Below are positions 1-13,330 of a stretch of 64,000 nt of DNA, piece by piece (within the stretch, counting starts at the first letter, position 1; every line of letters starts with the position of its first letter). Location of the stretch: NCBI GenBank assembly GCA_032718475.1, contig JAUCBJ010004084.1, positions 1-64,000 of the forward strand, written 5' to 3'. The DNA comes from Nemertoderma westbladi. Taxonomy: Eukaryota; Animalia; Xenacoelomorpha. The notes below the pieces were generated by a model, which was not told the DNA's origin, searched no databases, and saw nothing but the letters and a program-made list of their open reading frames with translations. The position numbers and the translations under genes were made by a program.

Positions 1-800
1 GCACTAGTTACACCATTTTACACTAGTTACACCATGTTACACTAGTTACACCATGTTACACTAGATACACCATTTTACACTAGTTACACCATTTTATACT
101 AGTTACACCATTTTACACTGGTTACACCATTTTACACTAGTTACACCATGTTGCACTAGTTTCACCATGTTTCTCTAGTTACACCATTTTACACTAGTTA
201 CACCATGTTACACTAGTTACACCATGTTACACTAGTTACACCATTTTACACTAGTTACACCATTTTACACTGGTTACACAATTTTACACTAGTTTCACCA
301 TGTTGCACTAGTTTCACCATGTTTCTCTAGTTACACCATGTTTCTTTAGTTACACCATGTTTATCTAGTTACACCATGTTTCTCTAGTTACACCATGTTT
401 CTCTAGTTACACCATGTTTCTCAAGTTACATAATGTTTCTCTAGTTACACCATGTTTCTGTAGTTACACCATGTTTCTCTAGTTACACCATGTTTCTCTA
501 GTTACACCATGTTTCTCTAGTTACACCATGTTTCTCTAGTTACACCACGTTTCTCTAGTTACACCATGTTTCTCTAGTTACACCATGTTTCTCTAGTTAC
601 ACCATGTTTCTCTAGTTACACCATGTTTCTCTAGTTACACCATGTTTCTCTAGTTACACCATGTTTCTCTAGTTACACCATGTTTCTCTAGTTACACCAT
701 GTTTCTCTAGTTACACCATGTTTCTCTAGTTACACCATGTTTCTTTAGTTACACCATGTTTTTCTAGTTACACCATGTTTCTCTAGTTACGCACCATGTT
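1..800. repeat. 19-bp minisatellite (CTAGTTACACCATGTTTCT and variants), runs off window start
   Basis: About 40 tandem units visible; ...TTTTACA/GTTACA variants on the left switch to ...GTTTCT on the right. Confidence 0.97.
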
Positions 801-2264
801 ACAAACTAGCCACAAACCCAGGCATTCAGCCACCAACAAACAAACTAATAATAGCTACAGGAACACGAGCTAAATGCTACAATGGAATTGTAGCAGCCAG
901 TATGATGTTTTATAATGAATTTCAATACAAACTGAAAGTTTAGCCAACCATTTATTCTCCGGACTACAGCCGGAATATAGGCCTACACTGGCAAACTATG
1001 TTAAGTCATCGCTTTGGCTTTTTTGCCATACCAAGTTTGGGCTTTCTTAGCAAAAAATACACTTGTACAGTAACATGACAGAAGCGATTGGCGTTTTTAC
1101 CACAACTCCTACTCTTAATTTGCAATTCTCACTTTGGCTAAGACACATCTCTTTTCTGAAGCAGTGGATGTGAGTATCACTTTGGCGTTTATATCACACC
1201 TCCCTAAGGTACTCTAGTACAAATTTCAGTTAAAACCTCATTTTAGCCAAAATGGCACTTTGGCTGTTCGCCATATCACCGACGATATAAACACTAAACA
1301 GGTAGATTACACAGTGTGTAGTTTCATTGTCGAATTTTTAAATTAATTTACTTTTACTTCATTTAAGTAATAAAAATTTTAACTTTACTTAGCGCCGTTA
1401 GTATTAACAATGAATTGTTGTTGTTATATAGCACTACTTGTACAGTAGCACAAGAGTAGCACTGGCCTAATATAATATATTTGTAAATTCAAGAGAGACG
1501 ATACATTGCTAGGGAGCTTTACAATGAAACTGAACCTAAACCTGAATCTTCTTTACATGGCTTTACCATTTGGTTACCTCGCTAAGTAACTCATGTAGTT
1601 TCTGACGAATTATACCTAGTTGTTATATGTAGGCCTACTGTACTTTACCACTATCGATCTCTGGATCACTTGGAAAAGGACTAAGTAAAGTGATACTTTA
1701 TAATACAGGTATAATGAAAACAGTCAATTAATATCGGTTCTCATAAAAATATCTATGTATTAATTAATAATTACATTAATTTAGGATTAATTTGTGCCAA
1801 AGAGAGAGTGAAATCTCATGAAAATGGACCGTATTTACTATTGCGGGTTGCGTGACATATTCAAAATGATGTAGTATTTGGTTTGGTACTGCATTTTTTT
1901 TTCCAATTCAAGGTTCTGTTTTCAGCTACAATATCTAAGAGGAGCATCTGTAAATCTGCAAGAGCCCAGCAAGGATTGCCATAGAGCCGCAAAATTACTA
2001 GTTGTAATTTCCTCCACAGCTGCACGGAAAAGCTGCAATTTAAAGAGCTTTAAGGATGCTTTCATTTTGCGGATGCGGGGGTCATCTACCGAACATCTTT
2101 CTCATCCATGAGCACAGATAAAAAAAATAATTGCTGTAATATTGATGTTGAAACATTGAATTAGACAGATAGGCGGACATCCCACAAGGATTTTATGCTT
2201 ACTAAACGTTATAGAAGAGTGACTTACATCATAGTCCCATATGCTAAATATAATTTGAAAATAA

Positions 2265-2740
2265 GGTAGCACTTTGTGACGGTTTGTATTGTAAACATAT
2301 ATATAAATTATACATATAGTGAGACACAAAATGTAACATAGGGGTCAGCTATTCATACAAGCCGTACTATTCTGACAAAAATTTACAGAAATTGGGCATC
2401 CTGAAAATTTAAAAACAAGCGCATCTCTTAGAAGACATATTAAGTTGTACGGATATTAAGTTTTGTTAATTTACTATGTATTTAAATGGTAAAATAATTA
2501 AAAAAATGTAATTTCTAAAATTATCGAAAAATGACTTACACTTTTATTTTAAAAGATAATTTAAGTGGATTTATATGTTTAATATATGGAAGAATCAATG
2601 CTAAAAATTATTTATCAATGCAGATAGCGGTTCTTGTTATTAAATTTTGCATATGTAGATTCAAAATACAAAGGTAGCAGTACCGTCATTATTTAACAAA
2701 TATTAATTGATTTATTCGAAATCTAACAATTTATTATCAC
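2265..2740 (+). repeat. AT-rich dispersed repeat, copy 1 (same family as 3342-3815 and 6023-6491)
   Basis: Shares long blocks with 3390-3845, e.g. TTTTATTTTAAAAGATAATTTAAGTGGATT and ATATGTAGATTCAAAATACAAAGGTAGCA. Confidence 0.85.
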
Positions 2741-3341
2741 AACGTTTTTATAGAAATAGTATTATTTTTCCCCGTGGAAACATATAAACCATAAAAATGT
2801 AACAGAAGCTATTATTCTGAAACATTAATATTTTATAATTTTTCCAGAAGTAAATTTTCAGATTATGTATTTAATAGGTATTTCTTTCAGTTTCATGATA
2901 ATTTCCTAAATTGTTGTTTATTAATTTAAAGCATAAAACGTTTTACATCTCTAACTGCTATTAGAAAATCAACGCTACTTTCTATTAAATTATTCAAGTC
3001 ATATTCAAATTATTTATTTACTCAAACAGCCAATTTATTATTGAAGTATGAAAATCTGGGGATATGGCAATGGTGTATAGAAGGTAATTAATTGCTTTCC
3101 TTGATATCGTAAAGTACGGAACGCCAGTAGTAGCTATCCAGTTTACCCATAATAAAAAAAGGTAAGACAAACTGAAAGAGAGAAGAGCTACATCGAGATG
3201 AATTAAATTTACTGATAGCCATACCCTGAAGGCTTACACTAACTCATGACTCGCCCCTTATGCTTCTGTGTCTGGCACAATTTACCATTGCACATTATAC
3301 TGATGCCTGGCATGTATTTGATTCACCTGAATCAACAAAAC

Positions 3342-6300
3342 CGCTTTCTCAAATAAGTATTAGTCAATAACGCTAAATAAAACAATAAAGTAGCATTTTG
3401 CGACGGTTTGTGTTTTAAACATATATATAAATTATACATATATTGAAACACAAAATGTAACATACATGTCAGCTACTCTTACAAGCCATATTATTTTCAC
3501 GAAAAATTTCACAAAAATAACATCCTGATCATTTTAAATCAACCCCATCTATTATAACGGTTATTAAGGTGTATGAATATATAAGTTCCGCAGCTTTTCA
3601 ATGTATTTCAGTAGCAAAATTATTCAAAAATCAAAATTTCAAAAATTATCAAAAACATAACTTCCCCTTTATTTTAAAAGATAATTTAAGTGGATTCATA
3701 AGTTGAATGCATAGGAGAATCAAAGCAAAGAATTACTTATCAACCCACTTAACGTTTAATATTATTAAATTTTCCATATGTAGATTCAAAATACAAAGGT
3801 AGCAATACCGTCACTATTTAACAATTTATAATTGATTTATTCATAATTTAATTAATTAAATTAATTAAATTTAATTAATTTAATTAAGAAAACATGCAGT
3901 TTTAATTAAATAGATATTAATTCTTCTCAATAAAACAATTAATGGGTGGGTATGCGAAATATACAGTATACTGTAATATGATTTGCAAACAAAAATATTA
4001 AACAATTTACATGACTACGAATTGTATATCGTCTTTGTATATCAAGCAATAAAGTCAATTATTATATTATTAATTGGCAACAAAGATCAATTATTTTATT
4101 CCAAACTTGGATTCTATTGCAAGGGATTGATTTGACCGCACTGGTGTGAACTACAGATCGATTTCTCTACGATTTCTCGCGAACTCTTTCATTTTCTGTG
4201 ACAGTTTACTGTGCGCGATATTGCTCTCGAAGATCAGCTCTCGAACCGCGGAGAAACTTCGTGGTTTTCTTTACAGACGTGGTCCTCTCTGAAGCTGATA
4301 ATTCCACTTCCAACAGGTTAAATAATAGTTGTTTTAACTTTTATTTATTTTCTTTTAAAACGTTTATATTTTGATTGTATAAAGGTTGGCTGGCAGCTGA
4401 CAATGGCTAATTGTACATTGTATATATTATTAAACTTACTCTAGAACGAAATAATTAATTCATAATAATTCAGATACGGCAGACTTTCGACGCGACGACA
4501 GAAATCATCCCTCCTCCTAGTGGAAAATCGGCGCTGATTACTCCCAAAATTAAAACTGTCACCTGTACTAATGACTTTAGTTTATTGTATTGGTTAGAAT
4601 AACGCATCACTGCAACCCGCTCTTTTCCCTAGTAGATAATTTAACATTGCAACAAGATATAAATATAAATGAGGACTACTTGCGCCAATGTATATGTTTG
4701 ATTTAATGGTGCAAATTGATTGCAAACATATTTTAATAATAATATTAATAATAAATAATTAGTAATCTAATATGAAGCTGTTACAAATAATATTTAAGTA
4801 CAATATTTACATTACGTGCTAATAAATTCCTTTCCCAAGCTAATATTTTTCTTACTACACACCACATAACAGCATTTGGTTAATTAAATGCAGCTTATTT
4901 ACTGTTCTCTGATTGGGCGAGACCAGACGTCTATTAAATGGTTGGCGTATAAGACATTTAAGGAAAGGTGGGTTGACTCATTGTATTGTGTTATCAAGGT
5001 GTAGGGCCTACGTACACCTTATGTGTTATGCATTGTATTGTGCATTCTGTCCAATTGTTCGTTGACAAGCAACCACATACAGTCATAATAAACTCGAATA
5101 AATAAACAACCTGTTAGGCCTACCAAATGCAGTACAGCAGTAGTAGCCTCTCCTCTACTACCACTACCACACATCAACAGATGGGCTTGAGTTGGTATTA
5201 GTTTTTTTATTTACAGTTTGTTGGTAGTAGGCCTACTGTAGTACATTGTCGATGTTGAAGCGCAGGCGATCACTGAAGGCACTTTTGGCGCTACTTTAAT
5301 GTGAGATTCACTTACAATCTGCCTTTCGCTCTGGCGAAACACACTCGGAATACCCATACCCAATGCTGAACTTTTCAACTGTTTCGAGACATCTGATTAC
5401 GATTCTTCTACGACCTGCCGTTCCCTGAATAAGACTTCGCTATCAAAAAAAATGTGGTCTTGGCGTCTTAGAATCGAAGTTGGTAAAGGAAACATCAGCT
5501 CCGGTGAGAAGAACAACTGAAGTAAACAACTGACTGACTGAGTTCCTCCGCTGTTAGAGAGCGCTATATCGTGCACAGCAAATTGTAAGAGTTCGAGAAA
5601 CTGGAAGAGTTCGCGAGGAATCGTAGATAAATTGTAACAATTTATCTACGATTTCTCGCGAACTACAGAACAGTTCTGTAGTTCAACAGCGTGATGGCCC
5701 ACTCCCTCCCGATAATTTCTTCATATTTTTAATAATAATTTTAAACTAAAGATAATTTCTTCGATTGAGTGTTTGGAATAAACGTATACGCACGTATACT
5801 GAGCGGCCCGGAGGCTGACCTCTCAGCATATGGATTCTGTCGCCGCCGCCGTAACGAACATGCATCACACAGACTCCACGAAACAGATGGGATTGGAGGA
5901 TAAAAACCAATAATGACTTACATCAACCAAACAAACTGCCGTCTAATGTAATACACAGTCGCCTAAGCAGACAACTCACAATCACATCCTGATCCGCAAC
6001 CTGGGAAATTGTTATATATTGTCGGTACTGCTACCTTTGTATTTTGAATCTACATATGCAAAATTTAATAATATTAATCGTTAAGTGGGTTGATAAGTAA
6101 TTTTTAGCTTTGATTCTCCCATATATTAAACTTATAAATCCACTTCAAATATATTTTAAAATAAAGGGGAAGTTATCTTTTTGATAGTTGTTGAAATTTA
6201 AATATTTTAATTATTTTACTATTGAAATACATTGGAAAATTAACAAGACTTAATATTCATACACCTTAATAACCGTTATAATAGATGGGGTTGATTTAAA

Positions 6301-6491
6301 ATTATCAGGATGTTATTTTTGTGAAATTTTTCGTGAAAATAATATGGCTTGTAAGAGTAGCTGACATGTATGTTACATTTTGTGTTTCAATATATTTATA
6401 ATTTATATATATGTTTAAAATACAAACCGTCGCAAAATGCTACCTTGTTGTTTTATTTAGCGTTATTGACTAATACTTATTTGGGAAAGCG
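3342..6491. mobile_element. Foldback-like structure: ~470-bp inverted arms (3342-3815 / 6023-6491)
   Basis: Right arm is a near-identical reverse complement of the left (CGCTTTCTCAAATAAGTATTAGTCAATAACGCT vs AGCGTTATTGACTAATACTTATTTGGGAAAGCG); no TSD seen. Confidence 0.6.
4139..5693. mobile_element. Inner inverted-repeat-bounded element (arms ~4139-4260 / ~5540-5693), putative non-autonomous DNA transposon
   Basis: TGAACTACAGA..TCTACGATTTCTCGCGAACTCTT at the left is mirrored by AAGAGTTCGCGAGGAATCGTAGA..TCTGTAGTTCA at the right. Confidence 0.5.
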
Positions 6492-7383
6492 ATCCAGCAA
6501 CAATACTATACATTGGCTTATATTAGAAGCGAAATACAAATATATTTTTTTTACGATAACTGTTTTAAGTAACACGAATTAATTACAATTACTCTATCTG
6601 TTTCGAAACAGGTCAGATAAGTAGGGGGGGGGGGGGGGGGGGGATAAACACCCTCTGGTTAAAATATTAGTTTGTTTTCTTATCTTTTCTGGTGTATAAT
6701 TTGATTAGTATTTACGGTTTTCACTTTCAGGCATGTCGACCCTTAGCGACAGGCTGGTGAACTGCCGAATAATATACGTCCTCCCAAACACGCAACCGCC
6801 TGTGGTGCAATCTATATATGCCATGCATCAGCTCGAAAAGATTAAAAACAACAAAAACGCAGGACTTTTTCACCTTCAGACATTCCACCTACTACCGGTA
6901 GACTAGAGAACTTCAGCTTCCTCCCAAACACGAATCCAATCTTGTAGTAGATATTTCCCCAGTATCAGCTCAAAAACAATAAAATTGGTGATGGGAATGG
7001 TTTCACTCTCAGAGATTACACACCCAAGCAGCAGATTGAAGAACTGTAGGCTGGTCGGCGTCCTCTCACTCAAACAGGCAGCGTAAGATCTCTGTGGTAC
7101 ATACATACATACATACATACATACCTGCAAAGTTTCAGTTAGAACAGCCTTAGTCTTAGTCTAATGGTGAAACTGCAGTTACAAAGTCGCCTGAGTCCTG
7201 ATTGCTGACCAGTAATATATTTTGGCCTAAAACGATGCAAAATAATCCACTTTGACCACATTCGATTCACGCAAACAAATACTTAAAATATGACGAGATA
7301 GTGACGTTGCTCAAGTTAGCTTTCTATTATTGTATCGCGAGACAGACAGACTGAGATTTATAAGACTTAAAGTCAGAGATTTT

Positions 7384-7967
7384 ATATTGGACGGATCCAT
7401 CATGGATGTTGGACGGATCCGTCATGGATGTTGGACGGATTCGTCATGAATGTTGGACGGATCCATCACGGATGTTGGACGGATCCGTCATGGATGTTGG
7501 ACGGATCCGTCATGGATGTTGGACGGATCCGTCATGGATGTTGGACGGATCCATCATGGATGTTGGACGGATCCGTCATGGATGTTGGACGGATCCATCA
7601 TGGATATTGGACGGATCCGTCATGGATGTTGGATGGATCCATCATGGATATTGGACGGATCCGTCATGGATGCTGGATGGATCCGTCATGGATGTTGGAC
7701 GGATCCATCATGGATGTTGGACGGATCCATCATGGATGTTGGACGGGTCCATCAAGGAAGTTGGACGGATCCGTCATGGATGTTGGACGGATCCATCATG
7801 GATGTTGGACGGATCCATCATGGATGTTGGACGGATCCGTCATGGATGTTGGACGGATCCGTTATGGATGTTGGACGGATCCATCATGGATGTTGGACGG
7901 ATCCGTCATGGATGTTGGATGGATCCGTCATGGATGTTGGACGGATCCATCATGGATGTTGGATGGA
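7384..7967. repeat. 22-bp minisatellite TGGATGTTGGACGGATCCGTCA (~26 units)
   Basis: Direct reading; the three overlapping ORFs here are artefacts of a stop-free unit. Confidence 0.97.
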
Positions 7968-10321
7968 TATATTTATATTTCGAATAATTTTAGATAGATT
8001 TCGATAGATAGATTTCGTAATTTGCGTCATTATCAATGCATACTACACATAGTTCTATCGAAATACGAAAATAAGTGGCCTAATTTGTAATGACTGGAAA
8101 TTGCAGAATAAAACTAGCACAAAATCGCACAGACTAAATACTGAAATAGCACGGCGGTACTCTACTACTATAATAACAGTGGCCTTCTACGTCCTACATA
8201 CAGAAGCTAGGGACCCCCAATTATTCTACTACATTATATATTTCTCAATAGCAGTCTTACATATGTTTCCTTACATTTTCAGATATCACTAAATTCCATA
8301 TAGTAATTTCACTTTGCTACTAATGGGCTACAGTATTATTTAATATAATTAAGGATAACAAAATGTAGCATTTTATAGCGGTTTGCATATTCGCTATATG
8401 TACAAATTCTATATATAGAAATAATCTGTGTTTTTAAAGATATCTCGAAATGCTACCATCACCACTCCCAAAGTTTAATATATAAGTAGCATAGCCGTCA
8501 AATCTTCCCATTAACTGAAGGGTTTTTGTATATTCAGTTTCAGAATACAAAAATTATATGTATATTGACCATAGCAGCCGAACCATGATGATTTGCAAAA
8601 AGCAATTTGTTTCCAATGTTAGACATTTTGATTTATTTAATAATAAAATAGTTAAATAAAATGTATTAGATAATAAAATTAAAATATAAGAAATGTTAAT
8701 ATAAAACCATATGTATGTCTTTGAAATATATATTAGTGACGGTTCTGCTACATTTTGTGTATATATATATATATATATATAGTGGGTCATGGTCGGTAGT
8801 ACATGACTTACTATATATATATACCTATTAATCCCTTTTTGCGGATAAAATGGAAGCACAATTATTATATGTACCACCACCATAAATATATAACAGAATT
8901 ATATTTATATTAACCATATTATATTAAATTTGAGGTTGTCGAAGTTATCATTGACTGATAAGAGGAACCGAATCAAAGATTATTTTTGCATCGTCTAATT
9001 TTCAAGACCTACGATTGAGCTTTTCGGTCTTTTTCTCTTTCCTTCTCCTCAATAATTGAGTGCCCTATTTTATATGCTCACAGACAGCCTCAGTGGATAG
9101 TTCTTTTTATGTATTTTACGCATACTGTTTTATCTTTTTAAACGATATTATTGACAAATAATTACAATAGATTTTTACTCTTCATTTTTTATCAAGAACA
9201 TATAACATAACACTCACGAATTTTTATCCGTTTTATTTTTAGCTGTACTGTGTTGTTTGCAGAGCCCATTTCATTTGATATAAGTATTTTCACAATTCAC
9301 TGTTGATTTCACTACCGCTCACCGGCATTCCAATACCGAACTGGAACACCTATCGAATTATGAATAATTCAATTTGTTGTTCCAAATTCTTGTCAATTGT
9401 TGTCAATTCCAAAAATAATAATCATTGGCCTCTGCCTCTGGTGTTTTAAAATTTGGGCAGCCTTATTATCTGGCCTGATCTTATCCTGATCGTAGCAGAT
9501 ATAATAGCCATGTTGTTACTTTCCAAGACAATAATTATAATGTTTAATGTAAAAATGGTTTTGATATTTAACAAATTGCAACCATACATTCAATAAATAA
9601 ATATTGTATTGTATGTAAATTCTTAGAAGATTTTGTATGATCATTCTATGATCGTAGCAGATTTACAATGTATTATGATCAGTGCAGATGAATCAAGCAC
9701 ATACTGTAGTATGATCCGTATAGATCTTGGCAGATTTGTAAAGTCGCTAGTCTAGGGTAACCTTTCTTTACACCAATAGCACGCTCGTAATTCGTCTATT
9801 TACAATGTGATTTAACTGTAAATCCTTATATAATTATAATTAATACAAATTCCTAATCCTTATAATTATAGACCGGTCTCTCTCACATGTGTCAGTTGTA
9901 AGATTATGTATATTTGCATAAAAAAATGAAATCTTAGATTATCTACGTGCAAATAATATTATAAGTAGGGCACAGCGTGGTTTTGTAAAACGTCGTAGCA
10001 CATTGTACAGTATCATGTATATATCGCATATAATAGATAGATGGTACCGGTACACCAACGACAGTAGGGCCGTGGCTTCATGTAGGCCGCGGTGTACAGT
10101 ACTACAGCAAGAAACCTAAAGATAATAATGCCAGCCTAGCGCCATCTACGGGTCGCAAGGCCTAATAAACTACTGTACAGTATGTACAATAGCTCACACA
10201 CATGTTCACAACTGTTAGAGTGAACCAATAATTGGTTCAAATTATTAGATGATCGTAAGGATGCAGATGTAATATACGTTGACTGTATTCGACATTCGAC
10301 TGATTGAGATTCGATTGATTG

Positions 10322-10665
10322 AGGCATTCGACTCTGTAGTTCATTCTAAGTGAATTTGTAAACTTTTAAGTTACGGTATTAGTGGTAATTTACTACTTTG
10401 GATCAGTGCTTTCTTATCAAATCGGACGCAAAGTGTGATTGTAGGACATCTATTTATTATTACATTATTATTTTTTTTACTTTTGCAAATACGGTGCGGT
10501 GCAATAGAGGACATTCTTATAAACTTTTTAAAAGTTTTACTAGATTAGAGATAACTAAGTATTCCTATTCAAACCGTGTAGTAAGTGTATGGGACGATTT
10601 ACCATCAAACGTAGTTATGGCAGTCAATATTAATGTTTTTAAGAACTTTAAGAACTTTTAAGAAC
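10322..10665 (+). mobile_element. CR1-clade LINE remnant, internally deleted
   Basis: Translates AFDSVVHSK*ICKLLSYGISGNLLLWISAFLSNRTQSV, then the CR1 C-terminal RGHSYKL...SNRVVSVWDDLP. Confidence 0.85.
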
Positions 10666-10800
10666 TAATTACTTTAATTACCTAATAAAGTAATTCTCCT
10701 TACATATTATCTAATTAATTGAGTATTGCGGTCATCAGTCATGCCATGGTCTGATGGTATAGTTTAATAATATTATATTAACTATAATATACTGTATGTC

Positions 10801-10938
10801 ATTCTTTCATTGTTCATAATAAAATAGCACTTTATAGCGTTAGGGCACGAGTGATTTTGTTTCCCGAGCGACAGTGAGGGAAATAATAGAACGAGGGCCG
10901 TAAAAGCTTTAATGTGCTAATTCTGAACAATGGAGAAT
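10801..10938. mobile_element. Short palindromic (foldback) MITE-like element
   Basis: Ends ATTCTTTCATTGTTCA / TGAACAATGGAGAAT; inner TAGCAC/GTGCTA and TTTCCC..GGGAAA around CCGAGCGACAGTGAGG. Confidence 0.5.
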
Positions 10939-11087
10939 CTAATTTTATTTATTTGTGGATAATTATTTGTAGTTATGAACTCAAACATTTCTAGAACAAC
11001 CTAATATAATGACGCAGTGACATACTGGAAATACATAGCAAAATTTATGGCGTAGGGACACGGTCCTACGAATTACCGCAAAATACC

Positions 11088-11995
11088 ACTACTACTATTA
11101 CTAGGACCGGCATGCTGCATTTCAGCTGCATTTTTAAGAATGCTGTGCCGGCTTATCGACAAAATTGCACCGCCACAACTCCCTATCACCCATGACATTT
11201 GCTAGATCATCCGCATCTTAAAGGCCAGTGTCCTTTAAGATGCGTCTCAAGAAAGTCATGGGCTGTCCACCATGCTTATTCACTCCATGAGGCTGCCAAA
11301 GTACAAGATTATGCACTGGTTGGTCCTCACGGCGAAAGCAATGTCCTGCAAAGCGGAGGCGATTTTGTTCTAGTGTCAAGCTTGAGGGAACCAATGATAC
11401 ACCTCCAATGTTATATAGTGTCTGGTTGGAGATGTGTGCATTGTACTTGACACAATGAACCCGGCGTAGCATTCTTGTGAATGTGCCATCCAGAGATTTG
11501 GTGTCCTCAGCAGTTAGAGCCCAGCATGGACTCCCATAGAGGAGTACTGGAACTACTGCTGCTCTAAATAGTCGGACCTAAGTTTCCGATTAATTCTCGG
11601 TGACTTCCAAATCCTGGAAAGCCTATTCAAGGCTGCCCATGCCTTTCCCTTACGTATTCGAAGGTCCTCACCTGACTTCGGGATCCATGATCCCAGGTAA
11701 CAGAAGTCATCCACATGCTCAAGCATACCATCTTTTGAGCTTATGCTCATCCGATCAGAGACTTGCTGAGGACTTTCAAAGTTAACTGTCAAAATTTTGG
11801 TCTTTCTGGAGTTAATATAAAGACCACACTAGAAGCAGCATGTTCTAATGAGCTGAGGAGCCGTTGGGCTCCCTCTATTGATTCTGAGAGTACTCAAGTC
11901 ATCAGCAAAGTCTAGATCAGTTAGGTACTTGTTCCTCGACTTCTGGAGCCAGTAGGTGGAGTTATCATCAGCATCACCCCATCATCATTATGATG
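11088..11995 (-). mobile_element. 5'-truncated RTE-clade LINE (RT C-terminal half, frameshifted) with (TAG)n tail
   Basis: Minus strand TDLDFADDL, VDDFCYLGSW, RKGKAWAALNRL, RLRFAGHCFR; homologous to the RT at 37.8-38.9 kb; tail reads (CTA)n at 11088-11103. Confidence 0.9.
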
Positions 11996-12011
11996 ATCTA
12001 AGGATAATGAA

Positions 12012-12210
12012 ATGCCACAAAAGACCGCAAAGTACCGCAAAAGACCGCAAAATACCACTAAAGACAGCAAAAGACCGCAAAAGACCACAAAAGGACAGAT
12101 AAGGCATGAATATACTGCAAGACGAATTACCGCAAAAGACTGTAAATTACCGCAAAAGACTGTAAAATACCACAAAAGACCGCAAAAAAGCAAAGCAAAA
12201 GACCACAAAA
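12012..12210. repeat. Degenerate 10-bp tandem repeat (AAAGACCGCA / AATACCGCA)
   Basis: Direct reading; a matching unit at 11071-11087 suggests the RTE inserted into this array. Confidence 0.85.
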
Positions 12211-12292
12211 CTGCTTTAATACTATTACACAGTATATTATTTCTGTATTGTATTACATTACAGTTGCATACAGCAGTCTGGCAGTACAGTAA

Positions 12293-13330
12293 CTATATGC
12301 CGATGACGTTAAGATTTATGGTGTATCTTCCACACATGTATCATTAAGTGGTGCATTATACAGTAATATATACTTTAGTCTTGGAGTGAACGGTGGCAGC
12401 TTACCTTTGCCAGCCACGTAATGTACGTGGGTTTAAAAAACCCGGTGCATCCGTATTATTTAAATAATGTTCAGTTAAACTAGAAAGCCAGCAAGCTGGC
12501 TTTAAACGAACCTGCCCCTCAAACCAGTACCCTGAGTGAGTGAAAATGAAAACACGAAAATTGCCATCAATTCAACGATAGAAACACCAGCTGCTGGTAC
12601 TCATGAGGGCCTAGTAAGCTACTACTATTTATTGAATGGACAGGCCCAAACTGCAGAGAAGTATATTACTTGCCAAATTTATTACTATCTCACTCTAACC
12701 CAGTCAGTAATCAAATATCAACTGTTATTTTGTATAATGTATTACCCCACCAGATGAATACCTCTCCCCAGTGAATCCTATGGGAATATCATTGTAAGCA
12801 CTGGGCCGTTCAAATGTTTTATAGGTTGATGATAATGAATGAGGAGGCTGAGGGACCCAACTAACACTACGTTTGTCTATGGACGCTCTCCTTATAGCCA
12901 GCTTGCTGGCTTTTCTAGTTGAATCATATTATTCTGCAACCAATAATTTACTCTTTTAGACGAATTAGTGCGTTTTTTGCCGGACTAACAAATTTTGGCG
13001 ACGTTCTGTGCGAGATTGGCGATATTTGAAAAGATTCTGAGGCTCAAATGTGTTGCTCAAATGACTGAGATTAAATAAAATATAATACAGTAAATTTAAG
13101 GGCCTTGTCTATGAAACATGGACACATGTTGAAACACAACATATGTTGGACACATGGTAGATATTTTACTCTGATAGATTGATATGTTTAAATTTACAAC
13201 CACTAGAAGTTAGGCGTATTGTAAATGATTTGAAGATGCTATTTAAAATTGATAGATTGATTTGGATTTCGAAAGTTTTTTTTATGTATTGTAGAAGATC
13301 CGGGCTCAGAGGACACTCACATAAATTACT
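12293..13330 (+). mobile_element. Fragmented CR1-clade LINE (RT core to C-terminus), interrupted by insertions
   Basis: LYADDVKIYG at 12293, WSERWQL..YYLNNVQL to 12477, LNLQPLEVRRIVNDL..RGHSHKL at 13160-13330. Confidence 0.8.
12478..12920. mobile_element. 443-bp MITE with ~24-bp terminal inverted repeats
   Basis: AACTAGAAAGCCAGCAAGCTGGCT ... AGCCAGCTTGCTGGCTTTTCTAGTT; interrupts the CR1 frame. Confidence 0.8.

Noticed and set aside
6730-7123. Possible host exon or LINE 3' end with (TACA)n tail
   Set aside because: Splice-acceptor-like start but no recognisable protein motif; too weak to call
7406-8007. Three overlapping ~190-aa ORFs
   Set aside because: Translations of a stop-free 22-bp minisatellite
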